A stretch of 64,000 bases of DNA from Chloroflexota bacterium. GTDB lineage: Bacteria; Chloroflexota; Dehalococcoidia; Bin125. The DNA is taken from assembly GCA_009838735.1 (NCBI GenBank), contig VXQZ01000031.1:1207-65206 (forward strand), read 5' to 3'. The position numbers and the translations under genes were made by a program. Positions 10,487 through 21,300 of this stretch are shown in pieces. The notes below the pieces were generated by a model. That model made no database searches. It was not told where the DNA came from and saw only the letters and a list, made by a program, of their open reading frames with translations. The stretch's first letter is position 1. Each line of letters begins with the position of its first letter.

Positions 10487-12748
10487 TTGAAGAATGGCTT
10501 GTCGGTTGGGGGTGCTGCGGTGACCAAATCGGCCGTCAAATCTGATACCGCCAAGCGCAAGACCAGCGCGACATCGACGGGTAAGCGAGTCTCGGCACTG
10601 GCCATTCCCGCCTGGTTGCCGCTGGGCGGCATCCTGCTTGTCTCCGGCGCCGAGACCGTCCGCGTGACCGGCGCGCACCGCGAACTCTTCTTCAACATCG
10701 ATCACTTCTGGGTGCTCTACATGCTGCTCCCGTTCGTGATCGGGATCATCATCTACGGACTGGTCCGACGCTCTCGCGTCTGGCGACTGGGCAAGCCAAC
10801 AGCATTGCTCAAGGGAAACTTTGACAACCTGCCCGTCAGGCTCGGCAGATTGATCAAGGGTGGCGGCGGCACCGAGCGCGTCCTCCGCGACCCCTACTCG
10901 GGCGTCATGCACCTCTGCATCATGACCTCGATGATCGTCCTGTTCCTCGTCACGGCGCTGTTGGCCATCGACGACTACATCCCCGTCGACATCCTCGTTG
11001 GACCGCGGTACCTCGGGTACTCGCTCGTGGCCGACCTCTTCGGCCTCGTCGGCATCATTGGCGTCGCGATGGCGGTTGCTCATCGCTGGGTCAGGCCGCG
11101 TACTGCCTGGCTGCCGACCTGGGAAGACTGGCTGATCCTCGGCGGTCTCGGGATGCTCCTGGTCACCGGCTTCATCGTCGAGGGCCTGCGCATCCACACT
11201 TCCGAAATTAACGTCAACCCCGAATGGTCCTACTGGTCGCCGGTCGGCTACATCGTGGCCCTGATGTTCTCCGGGGTGAAGATCTCCGCCGCGCTCGACA
11301 TCCACACCACGTTCTGGTGGATCCACATGGTCGGCGCGCTCTCCTGGATCACCCTGCTCGGCTACTCCAAGCTCAACCACCTGGTGCTGGCGCCGGCCAA
11401 CGCGTTCCTCAAGCGCACGTCCGCGCCGGGCAAGCTCGACATGATCGTGAACATCGAGGAACAGGAGCACTTCGGCGTCTCCCAACTCGAGCACTTCACG
11501 ATGAAGCAGATCTTCGAGCTCGATGTCTGCGTGCGCTGTGGCCGCTGTACCGACAACTGCCCTGCCGACATCGCCGGCCAGCCGCTCTCGCCCATGCACA
11601 TCATCCAGGATCTCAAGTCGTATGCCACCGCCGTCGGCGAGCAAAAGGTCGCCAACCTCGTCCAGGGCAACGATCTCAACTTCGGCCTCGACGACGAGAC
11701 TCCCATGGTTGGCGGCGTCATTCGCGATGAGTCGCTCTGGGCCTGCCGCACCTGCGGCGCCTGCGTCGAGGCCTGCCCCGTCTTCATTGAGCACGTGCCA
11801 ACGATCGTCGACATGCGCCGCTCCCTGGTCATGGAAGAGGCCCGCATGCCCGACACCGTCCAGGGCACACTGGAGACGCTCGAACGTCAGGGCCACCCCT
11901 GGCGCGGCACGCCGTACACTCGCGACTCCTGGATGGAAGGCATCGAGGATCAGGTCCCAGAGTGGACCGGCGAGCAGGACTATCTCTACTTCGTCGGCTG
12001 CACCGGCGCCTTCGTCGACCGCGCGCAGGAGATCACCCGCTCCGTCGTCTCACTGATGCGCGAGGCTGATGTCTCCTTCGGCGTGATCAAGGGAATGGAA
12101 TCCTGCAACGGCGACCCGGCCCGCCGGCTGGGCCACGAGTACCTCTACCAGATCCTCGCCGAGGGCCTGATCGAGTTGTTCAATGAAACCGGCGTCAATG
12201 ATGAGCAGAAAACGGTCATCACGCACTGCCCGCACTGCTTCAACACGTTCCTCAACGAGTATCCGGACATGGGCGCCAAGTTCCAGGTGATCCACCACAC
12301 CCAGCTACTGGAGCAACTCGTCAATGAAGGCCGCTTGGTGCCCAACGCGGAGGTCCCCGAGCAAACCATCACCTACCACGACAGCTGCTACCTCGGACGC
12401 CACAATGACATCTTTGAGGCCCCGCGCCGGATCCTCGAGCAGGTGCCGAACGTCACCCTGATCGAGATGCCCCGCAACCGAGAGCAGGGCCTCTGCTGCG
12501 GCGCTGGCGGCGGCAACATGTGGATGGAAGAGCAAGGCAAGAGCCGGGTCAACGAGGTCCGGGTCGAGGAAGCCGTCGCCACCGGCGCCGACTCCGCCTG
12601 CACCGCCTGTCCCTTCTGCATCCAGATGTTCGATTCCGGCATCGGAACCGTGCAACTCGATGTTGAGGACGACGACAAGCTCAAAGTCCTCGACGTCGCT
12701 GAACTGCTGCAAGCGGCGGCCGTTTCCGACAGGCAACATGGTGTCTAG
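10487..12748 (+). CDS. membrane-bound Fe-S oxidoreductase, EtfD-like (NarI/HdrE-like cytochrome-b domain fused to HdrD/GlpC-like 2x[4Fe-4S] plus two CCG domains)
   Basis: The N-terminal roughly 330 aa carry multiple TM helices with conserved His. Two ferredoxin motifs follow (CVRCGRCTDNCP and CRTCGACVEACP), then two Cys-rich CCG-type motifs (CPHCFN and CCGAGGG). It sits immediately upstream of etfB-etfA, as in mycobacterial EtfD (Rv0338c-type) loci. Confidence 0.8.
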   Translation: MKNGLSVGGAAVTKSAVKSDTAKRKTSATSTGKRVSALAIPAWLPLGGILLVSGAETVRVTGAHRELFFNIDHFWVLYMLLPFVIGIIIYGLVRRSRVWRLGKPTALLKGNFDNLPVRLGRLIKGGGGTERVLRDPYSGVMHLCIMTSMIVLFLVTALLAIDDYIPVDILVGPRYLGYSLVADLFGLVGIIGVAMAVAHRWVRPRTAWLPTWEDWLILGGLGMLLVTGFIVEGLRIHTSEINVNPEWSYWSPVGYIVALMFSGVKISAALDIHTTFWWIHMVGALSWITLLGYSKLNHLVLAPANAFLKRTSAPGKLDMIVNIEEQEHFGVSQLEHFTMKQIFELDVCVRCGRCTDNCPADIAGQPLSPMHIIQDLKSYATAVGEQKVANLVQGNDLNFGLDDETPMVGGVIRDESLWACRTCGACVEACPVFIEHVPTIVDMRRSLVMEEARMPDTVQGTLETLERQGHPWRGTPYTRDSWMEGIEDQVPEWTGEQDYLYFVGCTGAFVDRAQEITRSVVSLMREADVSFGVIKGMESCNGDPARRLGHEYLYQILAEGLIELFNETGVNDEQKTVITHCPHCFNTFLNEYPDMGAKFQVIHHTQLLEQLVNEGRLVPNAEVPEQTITYHDSCYLGRHNDIFEAPRRILEQVPNVTLIEMPRNREQGLCCGAGGGNMWMEEQGKSRVNEVRVEEAVATGADSACTACPFCIQMFDSGIGTVQLDVEDDDKLKVLDVAELLQAAAVSDRQHGV

Positions 12749-12768
12749 CATGGAGACTGGAACTCTGA

Positions 12769-13110
12769 ATGGCAGCACCTGAACCCGATCCCACCGCGCG
12801 CGAGATTGCGCAACGAACCCGCTCGCGCTTGCCCAGTTCGCAGACCGGTAGCGAGCGGCGCATTTCAGATGCACTGGTTGACGCCCTCGCTCCTGAACTC
12901 CACTCCCTCCATCGCCGCATAGGTGGGGTCGAGCAACGCTTGAGCGAGCACATCGACGGCGTAGAGCAACGGCTGAACGGGCGCATCGACGGACTCGATG
13001 CCAAGATTGATCGCTTGGGAGAGCACGTGATCGACCGGCTCGGCGACATGGACGCCAAACTTGACCGGCTACTCAACAGAACTGACAACGGTCAATCCCC
13101 GAGCAGCTAG
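12769..13110 (+). CDS. small hypothetical coiled-coil protein with internal repeats
   Basis: 113 aa. Repeated VEQRL/IDGL/IDRLG heptad-like units. Positioned between the EtfD-like gene and etfB. Coding potential is moderate. Confidence 0.4.
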   Translation: MAAPEPDPTAREIAQRTRSRLPSSQTGSERRISDALVDALAPELHSLHRRIGGVEQRLSEHIDGVEQRLNGRIDGLDAKIDRLGEHVIDRLGDMDAKLDRLLNRTDNGQSPSS

Positions 13111-13258
13111 GCGTTGGACGGGCTCGAAGGCGTCAATCTGTATCCCATCTGACTGCCCAGCGACCTTGGGCGCGACACAATGCGGAATTGGACGCGTGAC
13201 CTGATTCCCGTCCGCTCGACTCAGTTTCGAGCTCTTTCTCCCAGTCAGTGAGGAACCG

Positions 13259-14062
13259 ATGGATGTCATCGTCTGCGTGAAGCAGATTCCCGATCCCGAA
13301 ACGCCCGCCGCCGCCTTCAAGGTCGATGAGGCGGCCATGCAGGTATTGCCCGCCCAGGGCATCTCGCCCGTCATCTCCCCGTTCGACGCCCAGGCCGTCG
13401 AGGCCGCACTGCGCATCAAGGACGCTTCCGGCGATGGCACGGTCAACATCATCTCGCTCGGCCCGGACTCGGCCCGCGACGCGATCAAGCATTCGCTGGC
13501 GATGGGCGCCGACGAGGGCTACCACCTTAAGGATGAGGCCTTCGAGGGCGGCGACGCCTGGACCACCGCTCTGGCGCTCTCCAGGGCAATCCAGCACCTG
13601 GGCGTGCCCGACGTCCTGATTTTCGGACGTCAGGCCGCCGACTGGGACCAGGGCACCGTGGGCAGCATCGTCGCTGAACTGCTCGACCTGCCCTCCGCGA
13701 CCGTCCTGCGCGCGGTAGAGCTCAACGGAGAAAGCATCACCGTCTCGCGCGTCGTCGCCGACGGCTTCGAGAACATCGACCTGCCGACCCCTTGCGTCTT
13801 GACCATCTCCAATGAGTTCGGCGATCCGCGTTACCCGCAGCTCCGCCAGATCATGCAGGCCGCCCGCAAGCAGGTCACCGAGCTGACCGCCGCAGATCTG
13901 GGCCTCGACGCCTCCGATGTCGGCGCCGCCGGCTCACGCGTGCAGATGCACGCTCTGTTCCAGCCGACAAGCGACGTTGAAGTCGAAATCATCGAGGGTG
14001 ACACACCAGAAGAGAAGGCCGCCGGCCTGGTCAACGCCCTGCGCGAGGCGAAAATCCTCTAA
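13259..14062 (+). CDS. etfB: electron transfer flavoprotein beta subunit
   Basis: MDVIVCVKQIPDPE N-terminus and overall ETF-beta (FixA) pattern. Directly followed by etfA. Confidence 0.9.
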   Translation: MDVIVCVKQIPDPETPAAAFKVDEAAMQVLPAQGISPVISPFDAQAVEAALRIKDASGDGTVNIISLGPDSARDAIKHSLAMGADEGYHLKDEAFEGGDAWTTALALSRAIQHLGVPDVLIFGRQAADWDQGTVGSIVAELLDLPSATVLRAVELNGESITVSRVVADGFENIDLPTPCVLTISNEFGDPRYPQLRQIMQAARKQVTELTAADLGLDASDVGAAGSRVQMHALFQPTSDVEVEIIEGDTPEEKAAGLVNALREAKIL

Positions 14063-14140
14063 CCCACCCGTCATTCCCTGCTCAACTCCCGCACTCCCGC
14101 ACAGGCGGGAATCCCGGTCCAAACGGTAAGGACTCTCAAC

Positions 14141-15115
14141 ATGGCCTCCATCCTCGTCTTTGGCGAAACAGATGAAGCCGGACTCAGCGCCCCGACGCTC
14201 GAGATGCTCGGCGCAGCCTCGCGCCTCAGCGGCGAACTCGGCGGTGGAGTCTCCCTCGCCCTGCTCGGCTCGGGTCTCTCGGACGCCGCTGCGTCGGCCG
14301 GGCCAGCGGGCGCCGACACCGTCTACACCGCCGACGCGGAATCGCTCGCGTCGTACCAGACCGATAGCTACCTGCCCGTCGCCCAGGGCATCGTCGAGCA
14401 GGACTCACCAGCTGTCGTCCTGATGTCACAGTCGAGCATGGGCCGCGACCTCGCGCCGCGTCTCGCCACTCGACTTGGCACAGCCGCGATCATGGACTCG
14501 CTCGGACTCGAAATCGACGGTGACCGCGTCAAGGCCACCCGGAGCTGCTACGGCGGCAACGCCCGCCAGGTCGTCACCGTGCAGACCGACCCGCAAGTGA
14601 TCACCGTCCGACCCAAGTCGCAAGATCCGCTCGAGGCGGATGCTTCGCGATCAGCTGAAGTAGTCGCAGTTGACGTGGCTGAGCCCAACCTCCGCGCCAG
14701 AACGACAGGCAAGGAGCAGGCCGAAGCCGAAGGCATCCGCCTCGAAGACGCTGAGGTTGTCGTTTCCGGTGGCCGCGGACTCGGGGGACCTGAAGCCTTT
14801 GCCGATCTCGAGAGCCTCGCCGGCGTGCTCACCGCCGCCGTCGGCTCCTCCCGCGCCGCCTGCGATCTGGGCTGGTACCCACCGTCCCAACAGGTCGGCC
14901 TGACCGGCACGGTCGTCTCGCCGACGCTCTACGTCGCCATCGCCATCTCCGGCGCCAGCCAGCACATGGCCGGCTGCGGAGGCTCCAAGAACATCGTCGC
15001 GATCAACAAGGATCCCGACGCGCCGATCTTCAGCTTCTCCCGCTTCGGCATCGTCGACGACTACAAGAAGGTCCTGCCCGCCCTCGAAGCCGCCTTCGCC
15101 CAGGCGCTCGACTAA
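14141..15115 (+). CDS. etfA: electron transfer flavoprotein alpha subunit
   Basis: ETF-alpha (FixB) C-terminal FAD-binding region ([32 protein letters not shown]). Confidence 0.9.
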   Translation: MASILVFGETDEAGLSAPTLEMLGAASRLSGELGGGVSLALLGSGLSDAAASAGPAGADTVYTADAESLASYQTDSYLPVAQGIVEQDSPAVVLMSQSSMGRDLAPRLATRLGTAAIMDSLGLEIDGDRVKATRSCYGGNARQVVTVQTDPQVITVRPKSQDPLEADASRSAEVVAVDVAEPNLRARTTGKEQAEAEGIRLEDAEVVVSGGRGLGGPEAFADLESLAGVLTAAVGSSRAACDLGWYPPSQQVGLTGTVVSPTLYVAIAISGASQHMAGCGGSKNIVAINKDPDAPIFSFSRFGIVDDYKKVLPALEAAFAQALD

Positions 15116-15209
15116 GAGGAGCGCTCCGGCTCAGAGTGAGTCAACCTCGCGGCCTGTTTGGCACGCGCGGCAAGAGTGGAGTCAGAGGGAGCCGTCTGCA
15201 AGAATGGCT

Positions 15210-15788
15210 CTACACGCCCTGAGTCTTGCGCCAGGTGCGGATTTGGCCGGCGTGCTCCATGTCGTGTTCGATCAGGCCGTCAACCAGTTCGTTCACTGAC
15301 AGGCTCACGTCTTCGACCGCCATCGACTTCTCATCGCGCTCGTCGTCAGTCAGCTGACTGACACGATCGGACAGCGTGTCGCGGATGTTGCGCAACATGG
15401 TCAGCAACTCGTCAATTGGCCGTCCGGACCAATCGTTGGGCGCAGCGTCGTTGATTTCTCGCTCGGTCGGGAACGGACCCAGCGGCATTCCGGCGGCGGA
15501 TCGTTCCAGCGCATTCACGGCCCAGGCGTCCCAACCAACCAGATGCGCCAGGCAGTCTCTGACACTCCAGTCACCGATCACATCGGGGATGTCAAACGAC
15601 TCCGGTGGCAAGCCATCGACCGCTTCGAGCAGACAACTACGACCATCCGTGCAATCGGTTGTGTCAGACTTGGCCTTGGCAACAACCATCGGGGCTCCTC
15701 GCAGGCGCGTTGAACTGTAATGTTCGGAGTGCGCGGTGGTTGCGGAAGACGCCGCAGGCGAGGCCTCGACATCTCCCCCTGTCGTCAT
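15210..15788 (-). CDS. DinB/YfiT-like four-helix-bundle protein (DinB_2 / ClbS-DfsB-like)
   Basis: Conserved His motifs (CLAHLVGWDAWAV ... EHDMEHAGQIRTWR) typical of the DinB_2/DUF1706 fold. The N-terminal roughly 30 aa may be over-called; M at residue 34 is an alternative start. Confidence 0.55.
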   Translation of the reverse strand: MTTGGDVEASPAASSATTAHSEHYSSTRLRGAPMVVAKAKSDTTDCTDGRSCLLEAVDGLPPESFDIPDVIGDWSVRDCLAHLVGWDAWAVNALERSAAGMPLGPFPTEREINDAAPNDWSGRPIDELLTMLRNIRDTLSDRVSQLTDDERDEKSMAVEDVSLSVNELVDGLIEHDMEHAGQIRTWRKTQGV

Positions 15789-16095
15789 CGCGAAGGCGCG
15801 CCAGGAACTTGAGGCCGCATCCGCAAAATCGTCAACTGACTGTTAACCCTAGCAATCTGGTCAGAGCTGCCCTGCTGACTGTGACACAGTTCGCATTCGA
15901 CCTGCGCAACGGGGCCCACATGCCGCTCTGGAGCGTCGGTTGACCACTTCCGGCACCGCCAATAGCCTGATCTCTCAGCGTGCGTCCGCGTGGCCGATTG
16001 TTCTGGCGCCCGACCTCGACATCGACGAGGGTCGGATCGGGACAGTTGGTTAGAGGCGGTTGGACGACGCGACACCGTGAGGACGCGACTCCGAT

Positions 16096-16692
16096 ATGCG
16101 CTCGATCGGACTCACCGGCGGGATTGCCTCGGGCAAGTCAACCGTCGTCAAACAGCTCCAGGAGCTCGGTGCGGCCACCATCGATGCCGATCTTCTCGGC
16201 CACCAGACCTATGAGCCCGGTACCGAGACCTTCAAGCAGGTCGTTGAAGCGTTCGGCGAGGACCTGGTTGCTGAAGACGGAACGATTGACCGAAGCAAAC
16301 TCGGACCAAGAGTCTTTGGCCATCCCGACGGCATGAAGCGTCTGACCGATATCGTCTGGCCGGGAATCCGCGCGCTTGCGGAGGCAGAGTTGGATCGTCT
16401 GGCCGCGAACGGCACCTCCGTCGCTGTGCTTGAGGCCGCCGTCATGATCGAGGCAGGCTGGCAGGACCTCGTTGATGAGGTCTGGGTCGTCGCGGTTAGC
16501 CGCGACACGGCCCGCGAGCGCCTTATGGCCCGCAACAACTTCTCCGCCGAGGAAGCGGACAAACGAATCGACTCTCAGATCACCAACGACGAGCGGCTCA
16601 AACACGCCGACGTGATGATCTCCAACGACTGCAGCATGGACGTCGCCGCCGAGCGCGTCGCCCGCGCCTGGGCCGGAATGCAGTCCGGATAA
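16096..16692 (+). CDS. coaE: dephospho-CoA kinase
   Basis: GLTGGIASGKST P-loop at the N-terminus, roughly 200 aa, and CoaE-like order. Confidence 0.85.
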   Translation: MRSIGLTGGIASGKSTVVKQLQELGAATIDADLLGHQTYEPGTETFKQVVEAFGEDLVAEDGTIDRSKLGPRVFGHPDGMKRLTDIVWPGIRALAEAELDRLAANGTSVAVLEAAVMIEAGWQDLVDEVWVVAVSRDTARERLMARNNFSAEEADKRIDSQITNDERLKHADVMISNDCSMDVAAERVARAWAGMQSG

Positions 16693-16778
16693 CGTCGAGC
16701 AATAGGCTGGAACCAGACACCACCATCACCACTTGTGCACACACTCGCCGCTGACGATGCGGCAGAGCGGGAGAGCGT

Positions 16779-17678
16779 TTGATGACTACTGCCACCGAAG
16801 CGATCACCGAATACCGCAGTTGGGCTGTCGAGGAATTCCGCGCCGAAGAGGAGCCGTACTACGTGCCCGTCTCGGACGAGATTGAAGTCTTCGAGGCCGC
16901 CTGGAACAGCAAGATTCCTGTCCTCCTCAAGGGCCCGACTGGCTGCGGCAAGACCCGCTTTGTGGAGTACATGGCGTATCACCTCAACCGCCCGCTGGCC
17001 GTCGTCCGCGACGGCAAGACCGAGATCGAGGATGAGTCCAACCTGCCCCTCGTGACCGTCGCCTGTCACGAAGACCTGACCGCCTCCGACCTCGTCGGAC
17101 GCTACCTGCTCGAGGGCAACGAGACCGTCTGGATCGACGGGCCCCTGACGCGCGCCGTCAAGGCCGGCGCGATCTGCTACCTCGACGAAGTGGTCGAAGC
17201 GCGCAAGGACACCACCGTCCTGATCCACCCGCTGACCGACCACCGACGCATCTTGCCGGTCGAGAAGAAGTCGCAGTTGCTACAGGCCCGCGACGGCTTC
17301 CTGCTCGTGATCTCCTTCAACCCCGGCTACCAGTCGGCGCTCAAGGACCTCAAGCAGTCGACCCGCCAGCGCTTCATCGCAGTCGAGTTCGACTACCCGC
17401 CGCGCGAAACCGAGGCCGAGATCGTCCAGCACGAGTCCGGCTGCGACCTCGATGTCGCGCTCAACCTGGCGAAGATGGCCGAGAAGATCCGTAACCTGCG
17501 GGAGCATGGCCTGGCCGAAGGCGCCTCCACCCGACTACTGATCTACGCCGGCCGGATGATCGCCGAAGGCGTCTCACCGCGCCGCGCCTGCCAGGTTGCG
17601 ATTGTCTGGCCGCTGACCGACGACGGCGAAGTCCAGCGTTCCATTGAAGAAGTCGTTTCGTCGATCTTCGAGGACTAG
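16779..17678 (+). CDS. AAA+ ATPase, CbbQ/NirQ/NorQ/GvpN (MoxR-like) family
   Basis: Walker [11 protein letters not shown], roughly 300 aa, MoxR/CbbQ-like. Paired downstream with a VWA protein. Confidence 0.85.
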   Translation: MMTTATEAITEYRSWAVEEFRAEEEPYYVPVSDEIEVFEAAWNSKIPVLLKGPTGCGKTRFVEYMAYHLNRPLAVVRDGKTEIEDESNLPLVTVACHEDLTASDLVGRYLLEGNETVWIDGPLTRAVKAGAICYLDEVVEARKDTTVLIHPLTDHRRILPVEKKSQLLQARDGFLLVISFNPGYQSALKDLKQSTRQRFIAVEFDYPPRETEAEIVQHESGCDLDVALNLAKMAEKIRNLREHGLAEGASTRLLIYAGRMIAEGVSPRRACQVAIVWPLTDDGEVQRSIEEVVSSIFED

Positions 17679-17696
17679 GACCGGACCCGGCTTCCA

Positions 17697-18272
17697 GTGC
17701 GGATTGGCATCGTCTCGGACATCCACTGCAACGCGGCCGCCCTTGATCGCGCCGTCGAGCAGATGGGTGAGATCGACGAACTGCTCTGCGCCGGCGACGC
17801 CTGCTACCAGTACCGCTTCTCCAACGACGTCGCCCAGCGGCTCAGGCAACTCGGCGGACGATACGTGCTCGGCAACCATGAAGAGATCCTGCTCTCCGAG
17901 GCCGGCGCCCGCGCCCAGGCATCGCCCAGTGTCGACCAGTCGCTGCTCGGCTGGACTCGCGAGCAGCCGTACCTGCTGCGCACCGAGATCGGCTCAAAGA
18001 AGCTGCTCATGTTCCACGCGACCCCCTGGGCGCCGTACCGCGATTACCTCTTCCCGCACGATCCCCAACTCCAGCGTCTGGCCGAGGAAGAAGCCGACTT
18101 CATCATCTACGGCCACACCCACGCGCCGTTGGTCAAACGCATCGGCCGGGCGCTAATCGTCAATCCCGGTTCGGCCGGAGAAATGCGAGGGACCGAGCAG
18201 GTCCTGACCTATGCTGTGCTGGATACCTCAGATGACCACGCCGAGATCCATGAGATCCGCTTCAACGTCTGA
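17697..18272 (+). CDS. metallophosphoesterase (calcineurin-like phosphoesterase)
   Basis: Motifs GDIH (IVSDIHCN), GD(x)n and GNHE present. 191 aa. Confidence 0.8.
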   Translation: MRIGIVSDIHCNAAALDRAVEQMGEIDELLCAGDACYQYRFSNDVAQRLRQLGGRYVLGNHEEILLSEAGARAQASPSVDQSLLGWTREQPYLLRTEIGSKKLLMFHATPWAPYRDYLFPHDPQLQRLAEEEADFIIYGHTHAPLVKRIGRALIVNPGSAGEMRGTEQVLTYAVLDTSDDHAEIHEIRFNV

Positions 18273-18307
18273 TTGAGATCCGCTCTCTCCCCGCGTAGTG
18301 GGGGGAG

Positions 18308-21300
18308 ATGCCGAAGGCAGTAGGGGGCGCTCCCCAGCCACCGCCCCCGCGAAACGAGACGTCCATGACCGCACAAATGATCGAAGAGGCACGCGAGGGA
18401 CTGCGCCAGTTTCCGCCCGCCCTGGCCCAGGAGTTCGAGGCCGCTGTAGAAGCGGTCCTGCCGACCCTCGAGCCCGACGAGCTTGACCAGTGGTTGCGGG
18501 ATGGTCTTGATATCGCTCGTCACTCCCTGCGAAGCTGGGAAGCGTCCTCCGAATACTTCCGAGCCTCAGGCCCGGTCCTGGAGCAAATCACCTACGACCA
18601 GATGCGCGAATGGTGCGCCGTTGGTATCGACTTGATGGAGACGTCACCTGCGCTCTCGGGCGCGCTCTTCCGCGCTTCGCCCGCTGTGCTGCCGCACCTC
18701 TCGGTCTCGCAGGCCAACGACTGGTCTGCGCAGGGCAAATCGCTCTATAAGGGAACCTGGAAGTCCGGATCTCTCTCGGCCCAGTACTTCGATGTCTCGC
18801 CGCAGATCCTGCCCCACCTGCCCCTCTCGCAGATGAGACTCCTGGTCGACCTGATCGACTCGCTCGCCTCGCACTCGTATGAACTGGCCTCGGCCTGCCT
18901 CGGCATGGCGCCGGGCGTGCTTTCCCAACTCGACCGCGCCGACCGCGCACCCTTCCTCGAGTTTGGCGGCATCGTTGCCCACACGGCCTGGGTCGACGCT
19001 CGCGTCTACTTTGAGCGTGGTCCCGGAGCACTGCGTCAGGTCTCCGAGGACCAACGGCCGCGCTACCTCTCCCTCGCCGGACAGGTGGCGATGCAGGTCG
19101 GACGCCTCGGCCACCCATATTTCATCGAGGCCGCTCAGGCGATCTCCGAAGTCGACAAAGACATCCACGAGGGCCTGCTCGAATTGGCAGAACAGCTCGC
19201 CCAACACTCTGGCGACGCAGCCATGGAGTTCATCAAGTCCTCGCCCCGCGTCGCACAGCGGCTCGGCATCGACGACATCGCCCGCTGGCAGGAGTTCGGC
19301 CTGCAGATTCTCCAGCAGTCTCGAGACGGCGGCGAAGCCTTCTTCCGCCTCGAATCGGCTCGCGGCGAAGAGGTCATGGAAGCACTGAGCAGCCGCGTCG
19401 ATCTCGACCGCGTCTCAGAGCTCATTCGCATGTACTGCAAGGCGCTGACCGGTGTTGATGTCGGCGTCAAAGCCTCTGAGGAGTTGACCGCCAAGGGCGT
19501 GGGATGGGTCGATGAAAGCAGCCCGACCACCGAGGGCACCACGATCTATCTGCCCGAAAACGTCGAGCGTTACCCGACCAAGGAAGAGAACTTCTCCGTC
19601 TACAAAGTCTTCGCCACTCACCAGGCCGGACGCCTGGAGTTTGGCTCGTTCGAGTACCAGTCGGAACTCGCCCCGGACCTCTTCCCGGCGGCTCAGAACG
19701 GCTCCTCAAACGGTCACGGCAACGGGGTCGTTCCGGCCGTCGTCGAAGGCGAAGAAGAACAGATCCACACCGACATGGAACTGTTCTTCGATCGCTTCGA
19801 CGACCGCCGCCTCGCGCACGATCTGTTCACGATCGTCGAGGACACGCGCATCGACACGATCGTCAAGCGCGAGTACGCCGGTGTGCGCCGCGCCTTCTCC
19901 AGACTCCAGCAGGCGGCGATCGAGCGTCGCCGGCCCGTTGAGGACATGCCTGCCCGACAGGCGATGGTGGAAAATCTCCTGCGCGCCTCACTCGACGAGA
20001 TTGGTCGTATCCGCTGGCCCAACGAGCTGGCCGAAGAGATGCGCACGCCACTGCGCATCCTCAACCGGATTCGCAGCGAGGGCGCGACCGTTCAGGACAG
20101 CGCGGCCGCCACCGCGTTGCTCTACGAGTGGCTCTCACAGATTCCCAACGTCGAACTCGACAGCGAGGATTGGTCCGATTTCGAACAGGAAATGTCCGCC
20201 GACCCGGACGGCGGCGAAGACTCCGACATGATGCCCGGCTCCGGTTCCTCCGGACTCGAAGAGTCCTTCATGCCATTCATGCCCGGCTCCGAGGAACAGC
20301 CCTACGACAGCCCCGACCCGGTCGACTTCCGCGGCGATTTCAAGCCGGAACTCGTCCAGTTGCTGATGAAGCTCAAGGGCGAAACCGGTACCGGAGACGC
20401 CCCACCCATCCCGCTGACCAAGGAACAGCTCCAGGAACTGCTGGAGAAGTCGGTCGAGATCTCAATCAACGAACTGATGGACATGGACCTGGCCGAGTCG
20501 TCGGGCATGTTCCTCGACAACCTGCTCAAGGAAGTCAACCAGATCCAGGGCGAGCGCCAGGAAGGCCAACAGGCCATGGGCGACGACTCGACCGGCGCCG
20601 ACGACGGCGAAGAGCTACCGGTCGAGGCCGCCTCGTTCTACTACGACGAGTGGGACTTCCGCGCTGCCGATTACAAGCCGCGCTGGTGCCGCGTGCAAGA
20701 ACAACGCGGCGAATCGGGCACCTCCAACTACTACACCGAGACCCTGCACGAGCACACACAGCTCGTCCAGGAGACACGCAAGCAGTTCGAGATGCTGCGC
20801 CCCGAAATGTTCCGCAAGATGAAGCGCCTGACCGACGGCGAGGACTACGACCTCGACGCCGTGATCGAGTGGTACACCGAGAAAATCGCGGGCGCGACCT
20901 CCGAGACCAAGCTCTTCTACCGCCGCAACAAGGTCGACCGCGACGTCGCCGTCGCATTCCTGCTCGACGTCTCCGCCTCAACCGACGAGGAGATTCAGAA
21001 GCACCACGAACAGCGCCAGGATGACCAGTTCGACGACGACCCGCGCAAGTACCTGAGCTGGTGGGCCCAGCGCCGCGCAGAGGCTGCCCGTCACCCGGGT
21101 AAGCGGATTATCGACCTCGAAAAGGAGGCCACCGTCCTGTTGATCGAGGCGCTCGAAACAATCGGCGACAAGTACGGCGTCTACGGCTTCTCCGGCTATG
21201 GCCGCGACAACGTTGAGTTCTTCGTCTACAAGGACATGGACGAACCCTTCGGCGACCGGATCAAGGAGCGAATCGACAAGATCGCCCCCGTCCGCTCGAC

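Noticed and set aside
10355-11896. 513-aa ORF on the minus strand overlapping the EtfD-like gene
   Set aside because: It is entirely antisense to a well-supported Fe-S oxidoreductase CDS. The translation is D/G/A/R-rich low complexity typical of high-GC antisense frames, and there are no motifs.
15789-16095. 300-bp gene-free region upstream of coaE, inspected for a tRNA or small RNA
   Set aside because: No cloverleaf-compatible segment was found; there is no GTTCGA/TTCGAATC T-loop with a matching acceptor stem. GAAC-N6-GTTC at about 15709 has the wrong spacing for a LexA box.
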